A stretch of DNA of 63,756 nucleotides from positions 2,914,001-2,977,756 of the forward strand of contig NC_047072.1 in the NCBI RefSeq assembly GCF_902459465.1, read 5' to 3'. Below are positions 48,119 to 61,257 of this stretch, piece after piece. The notes under the pieces are model-generated. The model saw nothing but the letters and a program-made list of their open reading frames with translations. It was not told the DNA's origin and did no database searches. Source of the stretch: Asterias rubens. Its lineage: Eukaryota. Within the stretch, counting starts at the first letter, position 1, and each line of letters opens with the position of its first letter. A program made the position numbers and the translations under genes.

Positions 48119-50030
48119 AAACATTTCAAATTAAAATTGGTACTATTCGATACTAGCGCTTTTTCGTATATAGTATGTGCGTACAGGCTATATTATGCAA
48201 ATGTTTAATTAGTTGGGCTGAGCTAATTAGACAATCTATTCATTAGGGGCGCCTAGGTATGATGGTTTTGGAATCTAGGGAAGACATCTGCCAAGAAAAA
48301 TCTTAAGATTTATTGATTTTACTTTGAAAACATTTCAAATTAAAATTGGTACTATTCGATACTCGCGCACTTTTTCGTATATAGAATGTGCGTTCGGGCT
48401 ATATTATGCAAATGTTTAATTAGTTGGGCTGAGCTAATTAGCCAATCTATTGATAAGGGGCGCCTAGGTATGATGATTTGGGATCTAAGGAAGATATCTG
48501 TGAAGAAAAATCTGAAGATTTAATGATTTTACTTTGAAAACATTTCAAATTATAATTGGTACTATTCGATACTTGCGCGCTTTTTCGTATGTAGAATGTG
48601 CGTTATACGGGCTGTACTATGCAAATGTTTAATTAGTTGGGCTGAGCTAATTAGCCAATCTATTCATTAGGGGCGCCTAGGTATGATGGTTTGGAATCTA
48701 GGGAAGACATCTGCCAAGAAAAATCTTAAGATTTATTGATTTTACTTTGAAAACATTTCAAATTAAAATTGGTACTATTCGATACTCGCGTTTTTTTCGT
48801 ATAAAGAATGTGCGTTCGGGCTATATTATGCAAATGTTTAATTAGTTGGGCTGAGCTAATTAGCCAAAGTATTCATTAGGGGCGCCTAGGTATGATGGTT
48901 TGGGATCTAAGGAAGACATCTGTGAAGAAAAATCTGAAGATTTAATGATTTTACTTTGAAAACATTTCAAATTATAATTGGTACTATTCGATACTTGCGC
49001 GCTTTTTCGTATGTAGAATGTGCGTTATATGGGCTATATTATGCAAATGTTTAATTAGTTGGGCTGAGCTAATTAGCCAAAGTATTCATTAGGGGCGCCT
49101 AGGTATGATGGTTTGGGATCTGGGGAAGACATCTGCCAAGAAAAATCTGAAGATTTATCGATTTTACTTTGAAAACATTTCAAATTAAAATTGGTACTAT
49201 TCGATACTTGCGCTTTTTTCGTATATAGAATGTGCGTTATATGGGCTATATTATGCAAATGTTTAGTTAGTTGGGCTGAGCTAATTAGCCAATCTATTCA
49301 TTAGGGGCGCCTAGGTATGATGGTTTGGAATCTAGGGAAGACATCTGCCAAGAAAAATCTTAAGATTTATTGATTTTACTTTGAAAACATTTCAAATTAA
49401 AATTGGTACTATTCGATACTCGCGTTTTTTTCGTATATAGAATGTGCGTTCGGGCTATATTATGCAAATGTTTAATTAGTTGGGCTGAGCTAATTAGCCA
49501 AAGTATTCATTAGGGGCGCCTAGGTATGATGGTTTGGGATCTAAGGAAGACATCTGTGAAGAAAAATCTGAAGATTTAATGATTTTACTTTGAAAACATT
49601 TCAAATTATAATTGGTACTATTCGATACTTGCGCGCTTTTTCGTATGTAGAATGTGCGTTATATGGGCTATATTATGCAAATGTTTAATTAGTTGGGCTG
49701 AGCTAATTAGCCAAAGTATTCATTAGGGGCGCCTAGGTATGATGGTTTGGGATCTGGGGAAGACATCTGCCAAGAAAAATCTGAAGATTTATCGATTTTA
49801 CTTTGAAAACATTTCAAATTAAAATTGGTACTATTCGATACTTGCGCTTTTTTCGTATATAGAATGTGCGTTACATGGGCTATATTATGCAAATGTTTAA
49901 TTAGTTGGGCTGAGCTAATTAGCCAATCTATTCATTAGGGGAGCCTAGGTATGAGGGTTTGGGATCTAAGGAATATTTCTTCGAAGAAAAATCTGAAGGT
50001 TTGTTGATTTTACTTTGAAAACATTTAACA
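48026..50030 (-). repeat. Right arm array, inverted ~210-bp unit x10
   Basis: Reverse complement of the left unit (TTAGGGGCGCCTAGGTATGATGG) repeated ten times. Confidence 0.95.
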
Positions 50031-50879
50031 TACCGTAGTACCTCTTACTGCCTGTAACGGTTATTATCGCGCCGCCGTTGCTTCGTCATGACGGTGTGTT
50101 GACAGGTTGTTTTGAAATTTGGTGCCAGCACCAAATTTCTCGCCAGCACCAAATTTGGTGCTAGCACTAAATTTAGTGCTGAGTTCAGCCTGGTGAAAGA
50201 TAGCAGTAGGCTTACCGCTACGATTGTTCGTACTTCTAACCAAATATCGTATAGCGCCGCGTAGCGGCGCAAGATAGATAACTCAACGCAGACGCAGTGC
50301 AAATACGTGAAGTAATCGTGGGGGCCAGCGGACGCCATTCTGGCAAGGTGAGACATGTGAAATGTCCCGGATGTTGATGTAAACAAACGCGAAGAGTGAC
50401 CGGGTGCATGTGCACGATCATCTGATCTCACTCCTTTTTTTCACATCAGATGGCCAATAAGTACAAATGATGATTGTTTTTTAAGGTAAATGTCAACTTC
50501 TCGGATTCATTAATGACTGCCAAGATTATATCGCCATTTTATATCGGCATTTTATATTATGCTTAGATTTAGAAGAATTTATGACAATTATGACTATCCT
50601 ATTGTTGTGATAAAACTCAAACGTTTGAAAAGAACTACATCAAATTGGGGCTTGTTTGTCCCTGTTGTCCCTTTTTACAGCTCCATCCATTGTTTAAACA
50701 ATTACAATACAATGACAAGCCTGCCTGCAACTATTTTATTTACAAAATTGTTGTCAGTTGTCACAACAGAGACTAAGATAAGACTACACTGTAAAAATGG
50801 ACTGCACATCATGCACTTGTGGGACAGCAGATATTTGTCCCAAAATCATGAACACTTGAGGCACTTATTTCATGCACCT

Positions 50880-51400
50880 CATGTGTCAGTTGTGTTGACT
50901 AGCACATAATGACTAGCACATAATGACTAGCACCACTTTTGTCCCAGAATCATGAACACTTGAGGTGCTTCTGTGCCTCATGTGGTACAGGTATTGATTT
51001 GGGCCCACCTCAGGTGATAGTAAAATTTGGAACTAGCACCTGCTGACTAGCACCTGCTGACTAGCACCTGCTGACTAGCACCACTTTTGTCCAAAAATCA
51101 TGAACACCTGAGGTGCTCCTATTGCCTCATGTGGTACAGGTAATGATTTAGGCCCACCTCAGGTGATAGTGAAATTTTGGACTAGCACCTGCTGACTAGC
51201 ACATAATGACTAGCACATAATGACTAGCACCACTTTTGTCCCAGAATCATGAACACTTGAGGTGCGCCTATTGCCTCATGTAATACAGGTATCGGTTTAG
51301 GCTCTCCTCAGGTGATGGTAAAATTTTGAACTAGCACCTGCTGACTAGCACATATAGCAACACCTTTGCCCTGGGATCATGAACACATGAGGTGCTAGTT
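50880..51400. repeat. Left subterminal repeats of the EnSpm element (TGACTAGCAC triplets within ~150-bp units)
   Basis: Visible nested tandem repeats with AGCACCT motif. Confidence 0.85.
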
Positions 51401-53262
51401 TCACATCTCGGAGGAGAACGAATGAACAAATTTGGTGCGTGAGTTACTTGAGGTGATGTGTCCTTAGTGCATAGTTTAAAACTACTGCCATATCATGCGC
51501 TTTAGATGCTATCACTGGATGGTGTCAGACAGGTTTTCAGATGCATTCTAAAAAAAACAAAAACAGTGACAATTTCAAAATGAAATATCAACTCTGAATA
51601 TGATTTATTAGAAAAAAATATATTGTATACTTTACATTGAAATCTGGTAAATCACTTATTAGATAACAAACAATGTTCGAATACAGAACACCATTTGCAT
51701 GTCATAATTATACTGAAAACTTTAACAACACAACTTGAAATTCAAAGTAAAAAGTTACAATTGTTCTTGATTAAATTACGACTTTTAAAAAGACACCTTA
51801 TTATCAAAATTTGCAAATGATCACTTTTTCTAATGTCATGAAACATTCTAAAAACATTTGAATGCTCATAAAACACGATAAAATAACGTTTAGGCAGGAA
51901 AAAGAAAACGTTTGATGGTTCCAAACGTGGCTCATAAAAAACACACCTTAATTTCAGTTTTACTAGTGATGGTACATGTCTATGTGTTAGAAGGTCATTG
52001 TTGTCACTAATATGCCCACTTTTATTTTAAAAAGAGTTGTTGAAATGTTTGTGTGAACACAAATTGGCAAGATTAAATCCTTTAAATATAAAGTGATGAG
52101 GAAATTGTTTTATCTTAAGCTTTCTGAATCAAGATCTGTCCTAGAAATATTTACCAAAAATTACCCAAAATTCTTTGAACCATTAATATTGTGCTCTTTC
52201 AGAAATCTGTCAATAAGTTGGTTCCTGTCTACTCTAATGATTAATTATCATTGAATTAATGGTTTGGGTTAGGTGCTGAAAAATGGCACGTTGTTCCAAC
52301 TTTTTTCTGTTGTTCCAACGTTTTCTATTAAATTAACCCTCCTATATACTGTTGGGTGTGCGGGTGGAGGAGTTTGTTTTTTGTAGGGGGGTGGTGTAGG
52401 ATTGATTGTTTTTGGTGTAGTTTTTTAACCAAATAAGAGCATGGGGGTGGGATGGGGAAGAGGATGGGTCTGGAAGGGTGTTGGGGTGCAAGATTGACTG
52501 GTTATTTTTCCAAGCCAGGACACCTGGGGTGACAATATGGGTGTGGTTGGGGTGTAGGATTACCTTTTTTTTTACCACACCAAAAAACCGGGGGGGGGGG
52601 GGGGGCAGAGTGGGGGGGGGTGTAAGATGGGGGTTAGGGCGGGGGTGTAGGATTGCTCTTTTTTTTCGGAAAAGTTTTGGCATGTCAAACAACTTTATGA
52701 CAAATTGTACTGTACTATACATAGCGACACATTTAGTCGACCTTTCAAAACCCTCCAACCCAGAAAAATTGAAGGGGTCAAACAACTTCTTAACAAATTG
52801 TACTGTTTACAAAGGAGGGTTAAATTAAAATACCTATTGCATAATCCTCAGTTTCAAAGTTCGGTGAACATAAAGTATTGGCAATTAAGATAATTGTACA
52901 GAAAGAGTACAGCCTATAAACAGCTATACATCGGGAGACTTTTTGAAGCAAGGTTTGGGGTAGCACCAAGTGAAAATATTAGCAAAGCACATCAACGTAT
53001 CAAACAGATTCAACTCCCTTACTGTCGATGTGTCAAGAATATATATGCACCAAAAATCCACGGCAAAATTATGAAAAATATTTTTTTTTGTCATTAATTT
53101 GTTCATGCAGCATTCGGGAAAGTTAGTTTAACAAATGTTCTTGTCCGAAATTGCTCCTGGTCGAAACTTTGAGTGACACACACTCAAGAAATGTTCACAT
53201 GGCACTACCCCAAACCTTACTTCTACTTAACCACCAAGCATAGCTTTGTCTCACCCAACCGC

Positions 53263-56200
53263 TTAATCCACACTGTTAGCCACTCCAGCCTTGGAGCACA
53301 ATGTTTTGATCGACTTGGGGATGTCCTTCACTATCCTGCCCATCAGGTAGTGCTGTATGAATTTCAGCATCATCGAGTATCCTGGAGGATACTCGAAATC
53401 AAGGATGTAGTAGGTTGCCATAAGCGACCGCAGTCCCCTCTTCAACGCACCTTCCCCCTGCATCTCAACAAGGGTCCGCCCAAAACCCACGACATGAGAA
53501 GATGTAACAAGGTTATCATCAGTTGTAATGACGAGGCTAGGTGATGTCTGGCCATTTACTTTCGAGTCCATGGAGTCCGAGTTGAGCTGCAGGATGAGAT
53601 AAAAAAATAGAGTGAATATGTTTGATTCAGTAATTGAGCAGTGGCTTTCTTGTTTGTTAGTCTGTTTTTCCGGTTGTTTGTTTGTTTTTGGAGATGGCAC
53701 TTGAGATGGCAGAGGGGAGGTGGGACAATATGTTCGTTCAAGTATGATTTAACTCGTAACTGCTGAAGCACAAGCCCAACCTGCTACTCCAACATGTCAT
53801 TAATGTTATCAGTACCTTCAAGACCTTGATGACCTCTGTTTTTTTGATGCGTTTATTCAGGCGCACTTCCGTCTCCTTAAGGACTTGAACATGGTCAAAG
53901 TCGGTCTGAAAAATAAAATGGAAATTTGTTAAAAGGAGAACATTTTATTTCTATGATTCCTGGGAATGTTCAGAACAAAATCTATAAGTTCCTGATGCCT
54001 ATCTGATCTGCTGATTTACTCCTTATGGTTTTGACAACAATATTTGTGTTATACTCCTTTGCATAAAATTACACTATCTCCATCTCAAAACTGTAAACTA
54101 TTTCCACAAGACAGGACTCGGTCACCAAAATGACTCCACTTGGCTCTCAAGTCTAAAAATCTGTGACTGCTTGTTAATCTGTGACTGCTGTTAATCTGTG
54201 ACTGCTTGTTATGCAATTTGTTGAAGTTAGAGCTATGCATCAGAGAGAAAACTAGTTTGATCCAATTCAATACATAATGATTGTATCAGTAATAAGCCCA
54301 TAAACCCACACATTACAATTATTGTTTTCATTAATCTAATTATAATCTGCATTTTTAGCTGTTGGATCCAATAATTCCAAATTGTTTGAGTAAAATTTGT
54401 AAAAAACAAAAAATCAATGCAACTACACTTACATCGTGTGGAATATCATACAGTTTACCAAGGTTCTCCAGCACACCCAAGTAGTTGTCATTGTAGTATG
54501 TGTCAAGGTGTATGTCACAACGTCTGATCTCCTGCATTAGCTATGAAAAGAAACAATGGAAATAATGAAAACTGCTTGGAGTGGCTTTTACAGGCCCCCA
54601 CAGCATTGGACAATTATACTGATTAAAATGCCTTAATTATATCCAATCTGGAATTCTATTGAGGTGTAAAGAGACTGTACTATGAAATTTTGAGCTCAAT
54701 AAGTGTCCTACTTGTCAGTGAAAACTGCAAAATTGTGACCTGCATCATAAAAATAGGGGTTTGATTAATTAAGAATCAAAGTACATGTATTCTGAGGTAT
54801 TTTCAATGACTTTAAAAGATCCCTGACCAGCGAGCTTTTAAAAAATCGATTTGTCCAACATGTTTTAAGTTGTTTCTTTTGAAAAATACAACACACTTAT
54901 AGATGGAATAATTTCATATGATATTTTGTACCATACTACATTACTATCTTTGCCACGAGTCTGCCTTTGGATTGAAACTCAATCAGTTCGCTTTTGGATA
55001 ATTGAAAATTGTATTGACATTTAAAGGGATTTGTGGGCTGGGGGTGTGACACAGCCCCCATAATCCTGTCTCTTTCAGGGTCAAGGGGGTAGAAGAGAGC
55101 TATTAAGTAAAGCATTTAATGGAATGGAGAAAGGTGGAGAGGCCACATTTTCAATTATATATATACTTACGCATGTGTCATTTTGAAGGCATGGGAAATC
55201 TTTCCAAAGCTTTTCTACTAGTTCTGATGTGTCCATGTTGTCTGGGGCCAGTATTAGCTTCCTTCTACGTGGGAATGTCTCCTGCATTAGGTTGTCCAAG
55301 TGGGCCATCACTGTGGGTGTCATGTCTGTCTTACGAGTGCCTGTAAACACTTTCTAAAAGTCCAAACAAATTGTGTGCAATGGTGTGATTCTTGCATCGG
55401 GAACAATTTATATTTGAATTTTTCCAATTACACCAACGTTGTTACAAGCACTGTGTGGGCCTACTCAGTGCTTTTGAGTTCTGCAGAAAAAATACACTGC
55501 AACTCGGGTGAGATACGAACCCACAACCTTTCTCATTCTAGAGCAGATGTCCTATTATTCTAGTGCTCTTAGCCCTAAACTGGTTTATAGGCCTGTTTAG
55601 TTCTGAATTTGAGCCCTTTTGTCCAAAATATCAAAAGTTTTAGATCGAGTGTTGTAGCATTACAACAATCAATGGACTCCCCCCCAAAAAAGAGAGAAAA
55701 TAATATAATAAATAAATAAATAATAACAATACATTTCAAAAATGGGCAGATGCAAACAAATTGTACAGCAAGGTACTTAAATTTATTTGTAGAAACGCGA
55801 CCCTGATTGCTTGAATTTCATGCTTTTTGTTTATCCAAGTTGGTCATTGTCAATCAACTTGGCATGGAATGACCTACCCACTTCCTTGCCTGTACTGATG
55901 CCATGACCCAGTAAGTCCAAGTATTTACAGCAATAAGTTTTAATACAATTAATTTAACAACTGTTGTTTGTAAGTATGTCTGCTAAGAAAGTGTTGCTTA
56001 CTTGAATTTCTTTGATGTGTGTAGCATACACTGTTTCGCTGATCAAAGGCTCTTGAATGGAAGGGAGTGCTAGTGGTGGGGGAGATGAATTTGTGCAAGG
56101 ACGTTTACTTGCTGCATCAGGGTCCTTTGGGCTTTCTTTGCGTTTCATCACTTTGAGTCGCTTCTGTCTCTCCCATCGTATCTTTGAGCTTAAGCATCTG

Positions 56201-57292
56201 TTGAAGTGAGACTGAAAACAAGAGCCAAAAATAAAAAAAACATGTGACTGTGATATGCACAAATGGATGTTTGTGGACATTAACCTGTGTGGTCAACTTT
56301 AGATGTAGAGGTTGTTGATTCATGGTTGAATCAACTCCTAAACTAGAGGGCTTTTCAGACTCCTGGACTGTCTTGATTATAACTTTGCAAGTAAAGTTTC
56401 ATTTTTGCACACCCTGGCTGCTATAAGTTTGCAGCATCCTTGTAAGCAGGCTGCAAGCTTCCAGACCAAAACAATTTAACAAATTTCCATAGTGTACTTA
56501 CCCAAGCATTTTGTCCAGCACTGGCAATACAAGGAAACGCATCGAACATGGATCTACCGATGCTATGGTAAGCAATCCGAGCTAATCCATCAGAAGCTGG
56601 CATATCTGGCAAGTAAAAAATTGCTGATTCTCTGACGAATTGATCCCATTCCTTGTAGACACTTCCTGTCTGCAGAGCCTTGTGCACAACCTTGGAAACC
56701 TTGGCAGTTCACAGGGATAGGACAACTTCACTGTATCAGAGATGTCCCTTTCAATCAGAATGATTGCATCATCTGCAGTTTTTAAAGTGATCAATCATAT
56801 TTTAAATAAATTAGTCACTTGATGAGCACTTCTATAAATTGCTTGTACAAACGATAGGCATATTGGATTATTCAGTCATTAGCATCAGTCTTTCTGCAAA
56901 ATACACATGGTTGATTGCTTACTTTTGCAATTACTGGGCTGCTTGCTTTTACTGAGTTCAGTGCTTTTGCAGTTAACTGAAAAACCATTAACAAACTATT
57001 GTTTTAAATTGGGAAAAAAAAAATCAAATACATTAAACCCCCTATGATACAAGAGAATCAGCACACTTGTATCAATGGTGTACACCACAGAATTACCACG
57101 TACCTGATGATTTTCCAGCAGAATCAACTCCTGCACTGCTGGAGTTACCACATGTGCTCTCCTTACTACATGTACTTGCTGTGCTCTGCAGACTACTTGC
57201 TGTGCATGTGCTCTGGTCTGCCAAAGTAGAACCTTCAGAAGAGGTGATGTTCTTCTCATAAAAAACAGCAGACGTGTCATCCAATTCTGCAT
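53263..57292 (-). CDS. Second EnSpm gene (TnpA-position, SAMD3-like C-terminus), 7 exons, two apparent -1 indels
   Basis: Exons 57292-57104, 56772-56502, 56211-56002, 55353-55171, 54540-54433, 53905-53816, 53586-53263 with GT-AG sites and compatible phases; C-terminal LMATYYILDFEYP..LKFIQ motif recalled from animal EnSpm second ORFs. Confidence 0.72.
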
Positions 57293-57312
57293 TCTATTGA
57301 TGGGATTGAAAT

Positions 57313-59808
57313 TTACAACTGCTCTTCATCAATATCACCTTCTACAGTGACAAACCACTTTGTGGAATTTTTATAAAAGATAATGGGCCATGGGTACCAT
57401 AGCCTTTCTGGCACAGGATAAACACATACATCAGCATTTGTAAATTTTACCTCATAGCTGTTTAAATGCGAATTAAACTGAACAATTTCCAGCTTGTTTA
57501 AGATTAGGTACTTTTGCATGTTTCCAACGATAATTGCAATGACTTTTCCAAACTGCCGGTTGTCATTTTCTCTTTTATAGTATAGAACATCCCCAATTTT
57601 GTAGGTAATTGCATTGATAGTAACACTCACTGTAGACATAACAACTACAGGTGCAATCTCCTCAATTTCAGGATTTGCGGCCACAAGGGAGGGATAGAAA
57701 TGATGACTATTATCTAGTAATTCATCTGTCCCTTCTGTCACCTTGTCTGCTTCTTTTATGAAGTAAGGAAGACTGTTTCCATCACCAGATGTCATTCTAC
57801 CACACATCCACTTTTGATAATGCACACTGACTGAGTATGGCATATTTCTGAAATTTTTCCATTTCCTCCCCTTGGCCTGTGAATGTTTTGCCTCCATTCG
57901 CATAGCCCACAAATTACGCAGAGGTCCAAACTTCTGCATTTGTTTTGGTAGGTGCACACAGTAGTGCATTTTTGGAGTGACATTCTCTTCAGGATATAGA
58001 TGCGTATATTTTAAATGATGAGTGGCAATTAACTGTTCCAATGACGCAACTGTTGAGGCATCAACACGATGTGAAGTACATAGTGTAATGATTTGGATAA
58101 GACGGATGAAGTTCTTCCATTTTTCATCACGATTGGAACCATGTGACCTATAATATGTGGTAAATGCAGAACCAAACACCATATCTGGGTTGAATCCTGC
58201 CTTAACTGATGTCCAGGCTGGATGGTCTGAGGGGCTATGTCACAAGGCTTGTTTTTGGACCACCTGCTCCCAAAGTTGAATGATTTTACATATCTGTTGA
58301 ACTGATGAAGTGTAAAATACCCTTCAGATATACAATGACGAAGAAGAAGTGTCAATTCACGTGGTGCTAAACCTTCAAAAAAAATATGCATAACATCATG
58401 CATGAGGCATTCAGTCACCTTAAAGAAGGGAAACTTAATGAGAATACTGGAAGTGTTGATTCCATAATGCTTTGACCCAGTACACTTGAGCATCCTTGCT
58501 CAGAGTTCTCAGTGTCTCACATCTTCTAATGTGATCATCTTCCTGTCGCAGAGTAAATTCTGACTCGGTGAATCGCTGGTGTCATTTCCTCTCCAGTACA
58601 TTCACATGATCTGCACTTTTTGTGGGCAAAAGAAACACCTTCCTTAAATCCACCAATAACATGGAGAGCTGGTGTATCTCCAAGCACTGCTAAAAGTCCC
58701 CCTCTCTTCAGGTACTCATTGTTGCCATGTAAGAATCGTATTCCTCTGTTCCAAGCCTATGTAGGGCCACTTTAAAATCTTCAAGCAGCTTACGTAATGC
58801 CGGTGAGTCACTGTGAAAAGCTGCAACTTCATTCTTCAAATCGACTGACTTTGCAACAGCAAGTAAGTAATTGTAGACAACTTTGATCTGCACGATGGAT
58901 GTATATTTGTGAGGGACCAATAAAACATTGAAAGCTTGTGTTTTTTAACATGTTGATCCTATAGGGTTGACTATTTCGATGTCATCGTTGTACATCAAAA
59001 TTTGAATGCCACAATCATCATCTTGAAAAAGTGGATGATGGGAAAAAGTATGATCCATCACAGATGTCATACATATACCCATCAGCAGATGCATGTCCTT
59101 TCACCACTTCTTCAGCAATTTCACTGTGTTGCAAAAGACTCTCAAGAGATTTCCAAAATGGAATGTAATAGCCAAACACAGCCTCTGAGAACATTGAACG
59201 TTTGTTGTTTTTTGTTCTTTTTACAACATATTTGTTCCAATTTCAACTGCTTCTGGTGCGATGTAACCCATTTTGATTCAAAATACTTGTCTTGCTTTGC
59301 CCTGGTTTCCAGACCAGTAAATGGGTTATCTGTGAAAATACCTTCAAGGTCAATATTGTCTGTGTTGACACCAACTGAATGAAGATGTTCCATAACTTTC
59401 TGACAATTGACATCATTTATATTTGAGATAAGTTCTTTGGTGTTACTAACAACTACATCTACAGCAGTCTGTGATACATTTTTAGAGGTATGTAACTGAA
59501 GAATGTATGATGCACATTGCCCTATTGATGATGGGCCCACCGGTGGTTTCGTTGTCAATATGATCAACTTCATCCATAGGATTTCCCTATCACTCAAGTC
59601 ATCTTCAGAAATGTTCCTCTCTAGTGACAGCTCATTTTGATGTTTGCGATACATGTGTTTCCGAAAGGAATCATATTTCACATATGTGGCTTCACAATAA
59701 CCACATTTGATGATGAACCTGCATCATATTTGTGTTTTTCTATAAGGTGCTTAGAAAGCAGACTTCTAAATTTGTCCTAAAAGGACATAACAAACACTGA
59801 TGTGGCAT
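57313..59808 (-). pseudogene. EnSpm/CACTA transposase (N-terminal C2H2 fingers), split by about a dozen +/-1 indels
   Basis: MPHQCLLC..; YNDDIEIVNPIGS..KKHKLSMFYW; LGDTPALH; HDVMHIFFEG; TPKMHYCVHLPKQMQKFGPLRNLWAMRMEAKH. Confidence 0.88.
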
Positions 59809-61257
59809 AATTTACAATCAGTGATTAAATAATAACTGTTACCAAGTATCCAAGGAGCTGAGGGATTCGCTTCTGCAGTATTCGACGTGGTCCGATACGA
59901 GGTGCCAGTTCCATCAATTCTGCCAATGATAGTGGTAGAACTTCACCACAAATTCCCTCACCTGTACATATCAAACATGCATTGCATTTTTAATGTTTTA
60001 ATCTGCAGGTCTGGAATACATACCATATTTTTAAATATCTGTGTACTTAAAATGATAAAAGCTTATTTTAAAAAAACCAAAAGAACAGAACACCACAAAA
60101 AAACTTTTTTTTTGTTTACACATAAATATCTCCTGCAAGTAGATAGTTAAAGTAGGCCTAGTAGAGAAAATGTATTTTGTTTGACATGATTATCATTCAA
60201 TCAGTGTACTGACCCAAATTATGTATCTATGCCTCTTTCATGTCATGTTGAGTCTAATTTTCCACAAAATCCAAACAAAAAATATGTGTTTGTAATGTAA
60301 ATTTTAAAGAAAAGTAATTTAAATTCGGCGCGCTAGAGTTAAAGTTTTATGTTTACGCTATATAAGGCCGCCCGCTGGTTGTCAGGGAATATTGCTGTAC
60401 GTACGCCGAGTTACAGTACGTTAGCTGCCGTGTACCAGCGCGCTGGTCAATGGGAACGACCAGAACGTACGCGACTTGATCCCGTTTTCGGGTAAAAATA
60501 CAAACCAGACATAAACCTTAATTCTGCATCTCTCCCCAGCAAGTACAACCAGAACATTAACACTTTATAATAGGCCTATGGCTATAGAGAATAGTACTGT
60601 ATGTATGACCTATCAATCATTCAATCTTCCTCATCATGCCCATTCATCATGCATGTCGTCATGACAATGACATTTCTGTACTGTCAACATTGGTGACTGT
60701 GCAAGACAATTTGTTTATTACTTGGGAACAATAATTTACAACACCAGCCATACTATTATACTTACTCTCAAATTTGTCAACAACGTCCTCCGGAATTGAA
60801 GTGTTCGCAGAAATTCACACAATTCACTAGTTGACTTCAGCTGTAGCTCAGAAAGTTCAACACTGCTACTGGACGCCATGCTTTGCTATAGCTATTATCT
60901 GACAGGGCCGCTACAACACTTCCAAACTAACTGCGATGTACATTACACACAAAATACACATGTACATTACACACACCACACACACACGCAGCATTCGCGT
61001 AACGCGTTTACATGTTAGGACATGTCGACACAGCCGCGTAGTGAAGTGTGCCGTGCGCGCGCAGGAGGAAAAATAATCAAGTTTTTAAAATAGTTCATTA
61101 TTTAAAAATGGTGATGCATGCCAGCAGAAACTACTTTATTTTTATACATAATCCACATAGTCAAAATGGTAGTTCTATAATTTTATAGAATTTTAGGCCT
61201 ACTGGTTATTGTAAAATAAAAGTATTGTAAACGTCTTGTAAAAATTAATACACCAAT

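Larger units (their letters stand above)
43982..50194 (+). mobile_element. Foldback-type DNA transposon derivative with ~2-kb tandem-repeat inverted arms, carrying a deubiquitinase ORF
   Basis: Termini ACCAGGCTGAACTC / GAGTTCAGCCTGGT; exact 8-bp TSD GAAAGATA (43974-43981, 50195-50202); MULE/Foldback (NOF/Rehavkus-like) or Zisupton-like affinity is inference. Confidence 0.92.

Noticed and set aside
44150-50030. Regular arrays as CRISPR
   Set aside because: Units are contiguous near-identical repeats with no unique spacers, there are no cas genes, and the context is eukaryotic. The same applies to the arrays at 40565, 41190 and 61258.
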